NCBI GenBank assembly: GCA_951406725.2
Contig: OX597818.1
Span: 35,712,001-35,776,000 of the forward strand
Origin: Octopus vulgaris
Taxonomy: Eukaryota
DNA length: 64,000 bases
Reading direction: 5' to 3'
A model generated the notes under the pieces. That model worked only from the letters and a program-made list of their open reading frames with translations. It searched no databases and was not told the DNA's origin. This document shows, one piece after another, positions 53,067-64,000 of this stretch (positions within the stretch are counted from its first letter, which is position 1; every line of letters starts with the position of its first letter). Position numbers and translations under genes: made by a program.

Positions 53067-53620
53067 CTGGATTTACGAAGAGGAGAACATCCGGCCTCCC
53101 ATTGCCTAAACCTTGCACGCCATTCCTTCTCGCAAATCAAGATACCAGGCATTTCACCGTAATCGGGAAGACCTTGCACAGCGATTCTCTATTCTCTCGT
53201 GTCTTACATGAATAGAACAAATTAACAGTTTTGAAGCTTGTGTCCTATATGCATACATACATAGGCACACACATCCCTGACTGTATAACCATGTATCAGC
53301 GTTGTCATATACTGAACTCACAACACATCGAGTGAACCTACAGATAAAATGTATGCTTACTTCCAATATTTGCACCGTGTCATCAGCTCCACTTTTCTTG
53401 CACAACTAAAATCTTATTTCATCAAAGCTCCATCATTTTCAATACACATTACAATATGAAGTATTTATTTTGGTCAATTTTTTTTACCAAATTTCTTTCT
53501 TCTTTGATCCAAATTTACCTAATATCTGAAGAAAGATTTAATCATGAAACGTCAAAAACATATTCATGAATTTTTCTATTGAACGTTAAGTTATTAACTC
53601 GATTATGAAACAAAATGCTT
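53064..53620 (+). mobile_element. Decayed Penelope-like element end (possible endonuclease C-terminus plus HHR-like motif)
   Basis: HFTVIGKTLHSDSLFSRVLHE resembles the end of a GIY-YIG domain; CTGAAGA-A-AGATT-T-AATC-AT-GAAA-CG-TC at 53526-53553. Confidence 0.5.
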
Positions 53621-53937
53621 ACGGGATCGAATGAAAGAGGAAAATTTGGTAAACCTAAATTGTGTACAAGAACAGTGGCGGTACAGTACCTGTTTTTGAA
53701 AGTCGGATTGAATTTTTTACCTGGTTTATCATCACCACATCATCACCTGGTGTTTTGGTCTCATTAGCGTGCTCCACCTAATTACACACATCCCGGTCTG
53801 AGGATAATTTTTGTCCACCAAGCGCGTATGTCCTGACAATAATTATGGTTACTCCACTTCCTTCTATAACTAAGCCACTAAATAAAATTATGACTTAAGT
53901 GAGAAATGAATGACAGAATAAGCAAATAATATTAATA

Positions 53938-54149
53938 TTCTTTTCTACTCTGGGAACAAGGCCCGAAATTTCTGGGGAGGGGCCAGTCGATTACATCGAC
54001 CCCAGTACACAACTGGTACTTAATTTATCGACCACTAAAAGATGAAAGGCAAAGTCGACCTCGGCGGAATTTGAACTCAGACCGTAGAGACGAAATACCG
54101 CTAAGCATTTCGCCCGGCGTGCTAACGTTGCTGCCAGCTCGCTGCCTTA
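53938..54149 (-). mobile_element. MESC-type SINE (tail 1), monomer
   Basis: Complete head-to-tail-1 copy. Confidence 0.9.
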
Positions 54150-54770
54150 ATATAATGTAATGTAAAATGATATATGATATGATATGATGATATGATATAC
54201 GATATGATATATGATACGATATGATATAATATAATATATTATAATATAATATTAATAAGTTAGCAAACCATTACGGAATTTTCAGTGTTTACCTTTTGAA
54301 TATAATTTTGAAAACTATGGTAAATGTAAGAGTTTCTTGATTTGTAATTAGTTGTCGGCTAACAGTAAGGACTGCTTGGTGCAGGAATTGAACTCACAAT
54401 TTTATTACTTTGAACTGAGCATTGTAATCTAGTGTCAATTCACGTTCGTAGTTTGATGCAAATTTGATCTTTATCGATATCGTTCAAGAAAACTAGCTTT
54501 GTGGTTGGAGGCTATACTGGGCTAAGTTGATTTAGGGATTCCATCTTCTTTAAGCTTATCATATCTTGATTAGTTCGCTGTGTACGCTTGCTTCACGTTA
54601 TATCAGGTGGTTTTACGAAGTGTAATCGCTGGCATAATGCTCAAAAATATTCTAAATGAATTACACGAAAATATACTATTTCTAGACTGAAAATACAATT
54701 TTTAAGCTTAATGATTTTTAATGTTTTTAGTATATTTTATTCTTATTTATTTTGTATTTCATATAGTTTA

Positions 54771-54773
54771 TTA

Positions 54774-54851
<78 letters not shown>

Positions 54852-54860
54852 TATTACTAC

Positions 54861-54927
<67 letters not shown>

Positions 54928-54934
54928 ATCATTA

Positions 54935-54994
<60 letters not shown>

Positions 54995-55007
54995 CTATTA
55001 CTACTAC

Positions 55008-55079
<72 letters not shown>

Positions 55080-55090
55080 CATCATCATTA

Positions 55091-55154
<64 letters not shown>

Positions 55155-55175
55155 CATTATTATTATTATTATTAT
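54771..55175. repeat. (TAT)n imperfect array
   Basis: Directly visible; CAT/TAC/TGT interruption pattern occurs twice. Confidence 0.95.
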
Positions 55176-56203
55176 GGAAATCAAGTAGTAGGGCTTCTCA
55201 TCTCTCGGTCACGTTTTCTGAAGATTGGCACATTTAAAATTCCCTTCTAAGCGTAATTATGGGAATTATGAATGGAAGGACGGAAACAAAGAGAGAAACA
55301 AAAAAAACAAAGAGAGAACGAAGGAAAGAAGAAAGAACGAAACCAAAAAAAAAAAAGAGAAGAGAATTATTAAAATGCAAGAATGAATAATAAACAATTA
55401 ATTTTATAACAAATTTGGCAAAATCTTTCTTTGGCTTGTTAATAAATAAGTATAACACAAGAGACAATGCAATGACAAGGGAAAAGGAAGCGTACTTTTC
55501 TGATATTGGTAACTTTTCAGCAAATAGTTATATATTCAATAAACATATTAACTTAGTAATACACGCCGATGATAGGCAATACACCTTGAAACCATGGTCC
55601 GTGTGTGGTTTCCGCTTCATCGGGGAATTACCTCCCTTTGCAGGTTTAGGGCACCGTGACGGTGTCGAGCCTTTCTGGTGACGTCGATGTTCGCCTGGGG
55701 CTAAATGCAACAGTAACACCCCCACCACCCTGCCCTGTCCCTAGCCATATTCAGATGGCTTTAGTCCCTTATGTTATCGAGCAGTTACTGTCTATATCCC
55801 TTTTAGAGAATTATTATTGCTTAATTCACTTAATAATCACGAAATATTCATATGAAGTTGAAGAATACACATAGATATCTAATTTAAAGTGTTGGATGTT
55901 TCTAAGAGATATGTAGTAAATAATATATGCTGCTGCTTAATGGCTTCTTGTATAGATCATATAACCTCCGGTAGAGTGGCTTATTGGGAATATTACATAC
56001 ATTGCTATTTGATATCTCATTGTGTACGTCTTTCTTCTATGTTGTGTCTGTTCCCTGTCGTAACTATTGTGGTTCTAGTAACATACCAAATCTTCTACGA
56101 GATCTCGCTTGCTCCTCACTCATCCAAATATCAAATCCAATTTTTGCAGGAAGTGACACTTTGTATGTTACCACAAAGCCGTCACGCATTGAAAAGTAAC
56201 CGC

Positions 56204-56287
<84 letters not shown>

Positions 56288-56298
56288 TACACATACAC

Positions 56299-56349
<51 letters not shown>

Positions 56350-56391
56350 AACAAAGAGCGAGATGGAGGGAGGGAGAGAGAGAAAGAGAGG

Positions 56392-56442
<51 letters not shown>

Positions 56443-57050
56443 ATCGGTGGCCAATACATGGCTGACACTTTATAAAAATCCTTACATTATCTATGAAAGC
56501 CACGACCTGTAAATTTGAATTCCCCTTACAGCCAGCCGGAAGAAATATGGCCTGGCATTCTGCTACCCGGAACTTTAGCGACTCTGCCAATTAGCTGCTT
56601 CTCTAAGGGAAAAGAAGCTGGAAGAAATTTATACGTACCAGAGCAATTCTACGTCACTTGGAATACCAGAGGATTTCTACGTCACTTGAATTCTACGCCA
56701 CTTGGAATTCTACGTCACATGAACATAGAAAGACATACAGTTGTAAATAAATAATCATTTGTAGCATAGGCACAAAGCCACCAATTTTTGAGAGGAGGTG
56801 GTTTCTGAATTGCCTCAACTCTAGTAATAAACTGATATTTTATTTTATCAGCCCCCGAAAGGATGAAGGGTAAAGTAAATTTTTATATACAATTCCTGGT
56901 GTGTATTTCATAAATTGCTGACTGCAAATGGAGCCGCTTGAAACGGTTGTAATGCATCACCTCTTGATATCCTGTTGCCTATTTTGATATGTATACATAT
57001 GTGTATGTATGTCTATCTATCTATCCATCCATCCATCCATCCATCCATCC

Positions 57051-57108
<58 letters not shown>

Positions 57109-57120
57109 ATATCTATCTAC

Positions 57121-57440
57121 CAGTGAAGGCTCATGGTTCTGTACGAAAGCCTCACAGTTATAAGGTCGTGAGTTCGACTCCCGGACCGACATGTGTGTTG
57201 TGTTCTTGAGCAAGACACTTTATTTCACGTTGGTCATGTTCCCTCAGCTGTAGAAATGAGTTGCGATATCACTGGTGCCACACTGCATCGGCCTTGGAAA
57301 ACATCAGTGACATGGAGAGGGGTGTCTGATATGCATGGGCGAATGCTGGTCGGCCATAAACAACCTTGCCTAAACGTGTGCCATGGATGGGAACTTTCTA
57401 GGTGCAATCCCATGGTCATTCATGACCGAAGGAGGTCTTT
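57121..57440 (+). mobile_element. tRNA/CORE-like SINE (long-tail family)
   Basis: B box GTTCGACTCCC, TTCTTGAGCAAGACACTTTATTTCACGTTG. Confidence 0.8.
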
Positions 57441-57524
57441 ACACACATATACATATGTGTGTAAATGTACAAATACACACCCATACACACATACACACAC
57501 ATACTCACACATACACACACATAT

Positions 57525-57725
57525 GTGACCGCGTGTGTATCGTTGGCGATTTTCATTCTCCGTCTTCCCTTCCTTGGACCTTCCTTTTTCTATATTTCTG
57601 ACGAAGGGCTCCTCTCGAAACGTTAAATCATCCTTTCTTTCCTTTCCTGAGTGTCCAATAACACTATACTTGTTCCAATTCATCGGGTTATTGTGTTTTC
57701 TCTTTGTTCATGTTTGGATTAACTA
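57525..57725 (+). mobile_element. Penelope-like terminal repeat with minimal HHR motif (family of 29500)
   Basis: ATTT-CTGACGA-A-GGGC-TCC-TCTC-GAAA-CG-TT-AAAT; colinear with 29500-29710. Confidence 0.75.
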
Positions 57726-58643
57726 TATATATATGTTACGTAAAGTACCAGTTTCGCACTGGGTCGATGTTATCGACTTAATCCCTTTGTCTGTCATTGT
57801 TTGTCCACTCTATGCTTAGCCCTTTGTGGGTAGTAAAGAAATATATATATATATATGACTTTATTACCAAAAGTGTTCTTCGTTATGTTTAAAGATGATA
57901 GGATATGGTTTGAAGAGAAACAAGATTACTATTTCTAGCAAGCTGAGCGACCGCGTAGAGCCCTCTCTCGATTGTCTGTCTCTCTATACATCATGCAAAA
58001 CCAAATTCATTACGAATACATCATTGCATGTGAATACTAATATGGATTGTTATGGGAAATAGCTCTATTAGAAGAGAGAAATCAGATATGCCTGAGGAAT
58101 ATAGAGTAATTCGATATGGCAGAAGTTAGGAAATAGATATGGCAGATGAATGCAAATTTATATGGCATTAGGGGGAAATGGCCACGGCAGAGATCCCGTT
58201 TCTCAAGGATCAGTCGAGTCCTTTGGGGCTCGTAAACATTCCATTTTAACTCAGTCCGGTGAGCACTGTTACTGTCCATGAAAATTTAAATAAAATGTAG
58301 CGTAATAGAAACAAATTTAATAAGAAAAGCAGCAACGGAGTAATGAATGACCTTAAACTTTGTGCACAACACACAGTCAAATGCATGCACTCACGCACAT
58401 ACGCTCAACCACATAACACACTACACACACATACACACACATCTAAATTTATATGCCATTGTTCTCTGCATCCATTTCTCTGTGTCTCTCCCTCTCTTTC
58501 ACTCTCTGTCTCTGTTTGTCTATCTCTCTCTCGCTCTCTTTCTCTCTGTCTTTCTAACAGATGCAGATACACACATATGTAAGCTAATACAAATAGGAAA
58601 ATCAGAAAACCACACGAAGTAACATGTTTTGTGGGTCAACACA

Positions 58644-58708
<65 letters not shown>

Positions 58709-58802
58709 GAACAAAGTGTACGTACGCCGCTATATATAAATATTCGTCAGGTGGTGCTATTTAGACATGGCCTGGGCCAATACTGGCCAAAACCTCTCTA
58801 AG

Positions 58803-58889
<87 letters not shown>

Positions 58890-59014
58890 TACAAAATGAG
58901 ACTTTGAATGACCCGTCCTTGTTCTCTTTGTATCGTCTATCTGGATGTTTTGTTGTCCCTTTTTGTATCACCTAACTGTCCGGATGTTTTACGTTCTTGT
59001 CCCATTTTGTGTTC

Positions 59015-59064
<50 letters not shown>

Positions 59065-59066
<2 letters not shown>

Positions 59067-59235
59067 GGAAAAAGCGACAAAAGTAAGGCGTACACTGTGA
59101 ATATATTACATAGCAGAATTTTTTGCTGGAAAAATGAGTGAAAATGACGTTTCGAGTGTGGCTCTTCGTTCTGAGATTTTTGAGAGGAAGAAAAGGAGTA
59201 ACAGCAGGTGGTTCGGAGAAAAGCATGTGTGTCAT
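59065..59235 (-). mobile_element. Related Penelope-like repeat with decayed HHR
   Basis: Minus strand CAGAACGAAGAGCCACACTCGAAACGTC; between (TA)n tracts. Confidence 0.5.
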
Positions 59236-59773
59236 ATATATATGCGCGCATGTGTGTTTATTTCAGTGTGTGTATGTGTGAGCGTGTGTGTATGGTAGAC
59301 ATATTCAAAGATCGATAAAATTAATATACAAAAATATAAAATGTATACATATCATAGTAAAAAAGCTAAACCTAAAACACGAAAATGCACTAAATTTTTT
59401 TTTATCTACTCTCAAAGTACAACATCTTTCAATATCTGTGTAAAATTTGAAAAAGAAATTGCATTACTATTATCATTATAATAAGAATAACGTATAGATG
59501 CTTTATTTTGTATTATATTGCTTTGGGAATTATGTAAAAAAAAAAACATTATAAGAAACTTAATAAAGAAACTTTTTCACCTTGGAAATGACCAATTAAG
59601 GTTCAAACCGGAAGATGTATGACTATTTTTGTTATGCTTGTACATATTTCATACATCGTTGTTTGAAATTGTGTACAAACATTAAATGTTAATGTATTTT
59701 GAAATAAGATAATGACTTTCAGCGCATATTTATGTACATAAGCAAGTATGTATATATGTATGAGTCTCCCTCA

Positions 59774-59823
<50 letters not shown>

Positions 59824-60464
59824 GTATATATATATATATATATATATACTCTTTTACATATACATACACACACATATATATACACACTCACACGCGTATA
59901 TATGTGTGTGTGTACATAGCTGTTTTAATGTAAAGTTATATATAACAACAATTTAATATTCAACTGAAGTTCTCACTGAATACTTTGTTTTGGAATGCAT
60001 TTTTATTTACATTCAAACAGTTAAAGTTAACTGTGCCAGCGAAATTTCGGCTTGCGCATACCATCATCAGACGATGGTCTGATGAAGACAAACAAACTGA
60101 AGCACTTATATCATTGTCAACATTATCCTTGCAAAAAGTTACATATATATATATATGTATGTATGTAAAAATTTATATCTATATATATATATATTTAATC
60201 ATATCAAAGGGAAATGGAAATTAATTAAAATGTACATTTCCAGTGGTTTAACGTGTAAAAAATTTAGTCAAAAAGACTATATATTAGTCATACGATACAA
60301 TGTATATTAAAACACATAAGGAATCCACTTATAGGAATTCAACACGCTAGAAAGAACAGCTAGGTTCTATAACCACAAAAATTAGGGATAAAATTCGACA
60401 GGAACGAATTGAAAAATGAAAAACATTTTACCATCTAGTTTCCTGGACCAATATATATATATAT

Positions 60465-61035
60465 TATTTGTTTCAGTCATTTCACGGCGACCATGCTGGA
60501 GCACCGCCTTTAGTCGAACAAATCAACCCCAGGACTTATTTTTGTAAGCCTATTACTTATTCTATTGGTCCGAACGGCTAAGTTACAGGGACGTAAACTC
60601 ACCAGCATCTGTTGTCAAGCGATGTCGGGGGTACAAACACTGACACATAAACACACACATACATACATACATACATACATACATACATACATACATACAT
60701 ACATACATGCATACATACATACATACATATATATATATATATGCTGAGACCCACTTCGGTCATGACTGATCATGTGATTACATCTAGAAAGTTACCCTCT
60801 GAGGTACAAGTCCGAGCACGGTTGTTTATGGAAGACTAGCAGTTACCCATGCATACCGGCCACCTCTTTCCACGTCACGAGTGTTATCCAAAGGAAAGGC
60901 AAAGGCCGATACAGCTTGGCTCCTGTGACGTCACAACCCATTTCTACACCTGAGTGAACTGGAGCAACATGAAATAAAGTGTTTTCTCAAGAACACAACA
61001 CGCAGCCCGGTCCGGGATTCGAACTCACAACCTAA
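60465..61035 (-). mobile_element. Partial CORE-type SINE plus long-tail SINE
   Basis: 60465-60745 matches the 12117 family 3' half; 60745-61035 matches the 21060 family. Confidence 0.78.
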
Positions 61036-61099
61036 TCTGGTGAATGTAGCTTTGGCCGATGTTTTGGAAGACCACCGATCCAAGTTTCTGGCTGAGTGC

Positions 61100-61946
61100 A
61101 ATCCCGCTCTTTACAATGAGTCTTTATCCACCGAACTGCCACCAGTTCTGTCGCTTTTGAGCCCACTGCAGATGTGCTCGTTGATGACGATGTGTGAGGA
61201 TAGAACACCTAGCCGGACATCGACAAGACTGATTGAAAGATCTGTTTCTTTATTACCCACAAGGGGCTAAACACAGAGGGGACAAACAAGGACAGACAAA
61301 CGAATTACGTCGATTACATCGACCCCAGTGCATAACTGGTACTTGACTTATCGACCCCGAAAGGATGAAAGGCAAAGTCGACCTCAGCGGAATTTGAACT
61401 CAGAACGTAACGGCAGACGAAATACGGCTACGCATTTCGCCCGGTGTGCTAACGGTTCTGCCAGCTCGGCAGCGAACAAATGGGTTTGTGGTGAGTCCCT
61501 ATGGTCTACCTAGATAATTCCATTGCCCTCCGGAATTTGTCCTGCAAGTGCTGGTGGTGCAGGTGGCGATCTTGACGTGCCGTTGTAATCCCCTGTCGGC
61601 CACTGCTTGGACGGTCATCCGTGCTGTTGTGGCATTGTATTGTTCTCTCAGTCGCTCTGTAGTCCGAATACTGCTGTTCAAGTCATTAGCAATGACCCAT
61701 GGACGTTGACCAGGCTTGGAGACGTCCATTGGCTTGCTCCCTCTGATTTCCTGTTAGTCTTGGCATTTTCACGAAAAGTGAGTAAGTTCGAACCCTACAT
61801 GCAATTCTTGTGTTTTTAAAAGAGAGTGGTATTGTGGGTTAGTGACATCTTCTTGATATCAAATTGTCTAGGAATGTGATAAAATTCATATCTCAATATC
61901 ATGTGTGAAACAAATAATATTTTATAGTGCGACGTTTCTTTTTGTA
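61100..61946 (-). pseudogene. Tc1-like transposase N-terminal relic interrupted by a MESC SINE (61244-61470)
   Basis: ATG at 61766: MPRLTGNQREQANGRLQA..IANDLNSSIRTTERLREQYNAT..; after the SINE, ILTHRHQRAHLQWAQKRQNW. Confidence 0.85.
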
Positions 61947-62612
61947 GTTTGCTCCAGCATGGCCACAGTCATTGAACTGAAACATAAGAGAATAAGAGAA
62001 TATATATATATATATACATGCATACATATACATATATACGTATACATTTATACATACATATATTCATACATACATACATATATATATATATATACATATA
62101 TATACATAGATTCACAGGTTGATAGATATATTATACGTACGTACATAATGCGTACACATGTACACGCCTTCACAGTCTCTATATATATACGAGTTGTCTC
62201 TGAATTTATATATATATATATATATATACGCGTATGTGTATGAATGTGATTTTGCATATATTTGTGTCTGTGTATGTGTGTGTGTGTGTGTGTGTGTGTA
62301 TGCGTGTGTGCGTGTGTGTGTACTTCTGTGCGTGCTGGCATGACACTTGCTGGCCATTGAGTGTTTTAAATAAATGCTTTGAAAGTTATATCCTTGGTTA
62401 CTACAAAGGGCAACTTTGGCAACAGCTGCTCACTTATGACAGTCGAGGAGCGCAAACGAATTGCTTTACTGAGTTCTACTCTAAAATCATTAAAAGTCAA
62501 TATACGTTGAACATGTGGAGAGCGCAGTGAACTTCAATAAAGCTGCTGATTCACGTTGGCTTTATACAGCATTTGACAAAAACAAAGATCAAATAACGAA
62601 GACAATACATAT

Positions 62613-62654
<42 letters not shown>

Positions 62655-62655
62655 C

Positions 62656-62781
<126 letters not shown>

Positions 62782-62792
62782 GTGTATATATA

Positions 62793-64000
62793 TTTGGTCA
62801 TCCTAAAAATAATGCAGTTTTTTCAATTGCATGAACTGAAAGTCGGAGGGAACTAAAAGGAGGTAGTAACTTTTTCTTTTCGTTGTACCTATTCTTAGTG
62901 CAAGTTTTGTAGAGTGCAGTTCGATTTTAACAGTTACTTTTTCAAAGCTGTAATGGAAGTAAGAAAGGAGCATATTCGGTATATTTTACTTCATGATTTC
63001 AATAAAGGCAACAGTGCAATGCAATGTGAGAGGAATATTTATGCAGTATTTAGGGATCGGTCAATAAACGCAAGCCAGTGTCAACGGTGGTTCCGGATAT
63101 TCAGAGCCGGAAACTATAGCCTAGAAGACAAGCCTCGTCCTGGAAGATCTGTAGAGTTCAAAGAGGATGCCCTGCAAACCCTAGTGGAAGAAAATCCCAT
63201 CGTAACTGTTGAAGAACTAGCAGAGAAGATTAGATTTGGTCATTCAACCACTCATCGATACCTGCAAGCAAACTGGGTCAATGGGTTCCTCACAAACGTT
63301 CCGAGTCTGCGCACAGAAAGGGAATGTGTGCTCTTCTTTGCTGTCACATCTCACGAATGAATCTTTTTGGACCGAATAATGACTGGTGACGAGAAATGGG
63401 TTCTCTATAAAAATGTCAAGCGCCGAAGACAGTAGGCAAGGAACGGAGAAACACCAGCATCCCATGCTAAAGAAGGTTTACACCCACGTAAGGTGTTATC
63501 TGTTCGGTGTGATATAAAAGGTTTAGTCCACTTTGAACTTTTAAACCCAAACCAAACGATAACAAAGGAGATCTAGTGCGAGTACCTTGAGCGGCTTAAG
63601 TCAGTGCCAGAAGAAAAACGACTACCTTTGGTTCCACGACGGAATATATTATCACATCAGGATAATGATCAGCCACATAGAGCGAGGATGACATTTCAAA
63701 CGCTGCAGAAGTTTTAATAGAAAACAATGCCTAACCCTCCATATTCGCCGGACATTGCCCCATCTGGTTATTACTTATTCTGCAGTCTTCAAAATCATTT
63801 GGACGGAAAAAATGTGAATTCTGTAGACGAGGTGAGAACAGTACTGGAGGGATATTTCTCGTCACAGACAAGTGAATTTTGGAAGTGGGGCCTTACAAGT
63901 CTACCATATAGGTGGAAGAGCATTGTAGAAAATGAAGGAGAGTATATTTCAGATTAAATAAAGAACTTTATCTTAATTTTGAACAAATAAAAGAAGCATA
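62793..64000 (+). mobile_element. Mariner transposon, inactive transposase 62953-63957; right TIR beyond window
   Basis: MEVRKEHIRYILLHDFNKG..LEDKPRPGR, MTGDEKW, HQDN, PYSPDIAPSGYYLF (third Asp lost); stops and frameshifts; starts after a TA tract. Confidence 0.95.

Noticed and set aside
56645-56720. Four short repeats ATTCTACGTCACTTG
   Set aside because: Simple local minisatellite with near-adjacent units; no spacers or associated genes.

Overview
AT-rich, microsatellite-saturated animal DNA. The repeat families point to a cephalopod, most likely Octopus (inference). I can support no host protein-coding exon, rRNA, genuine tRNA or CRISPR array, and most listed ORFs are translations of microsatellites. 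The window is a mosaic of mobile-element relics: MESC/Meta-type and CORE-type tRNA-derived SINEs, three stacked Dong/R4 LINE ends in a (TAA)n array, R2-like, HERO-like and CR1-like fragments, Tc1 and mariner pseudogenes, non-autonomous Helitrons, MITEs and a Myb/SANT-like relic. The most interesting signal is a set of several sequence-unrelated non-coding units, mostly sitting in (TA)n tracts, that carry type I hammerhead ribozyme (HHR) motifs and often Penelope-like direct-plus-inverted ends. The best two are an intact HHR with a 17-bp G.U-rich helix II in a terminally redundant 591-nt unit (52396-53032) and a second near-intact HHR on the minus strand (24705-24762). A second notable pattern is one SINE subfamily apparently inserting repeatedly at fixed positions inside its own relatives. 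All calls were made by eye, without database searches or folding software.
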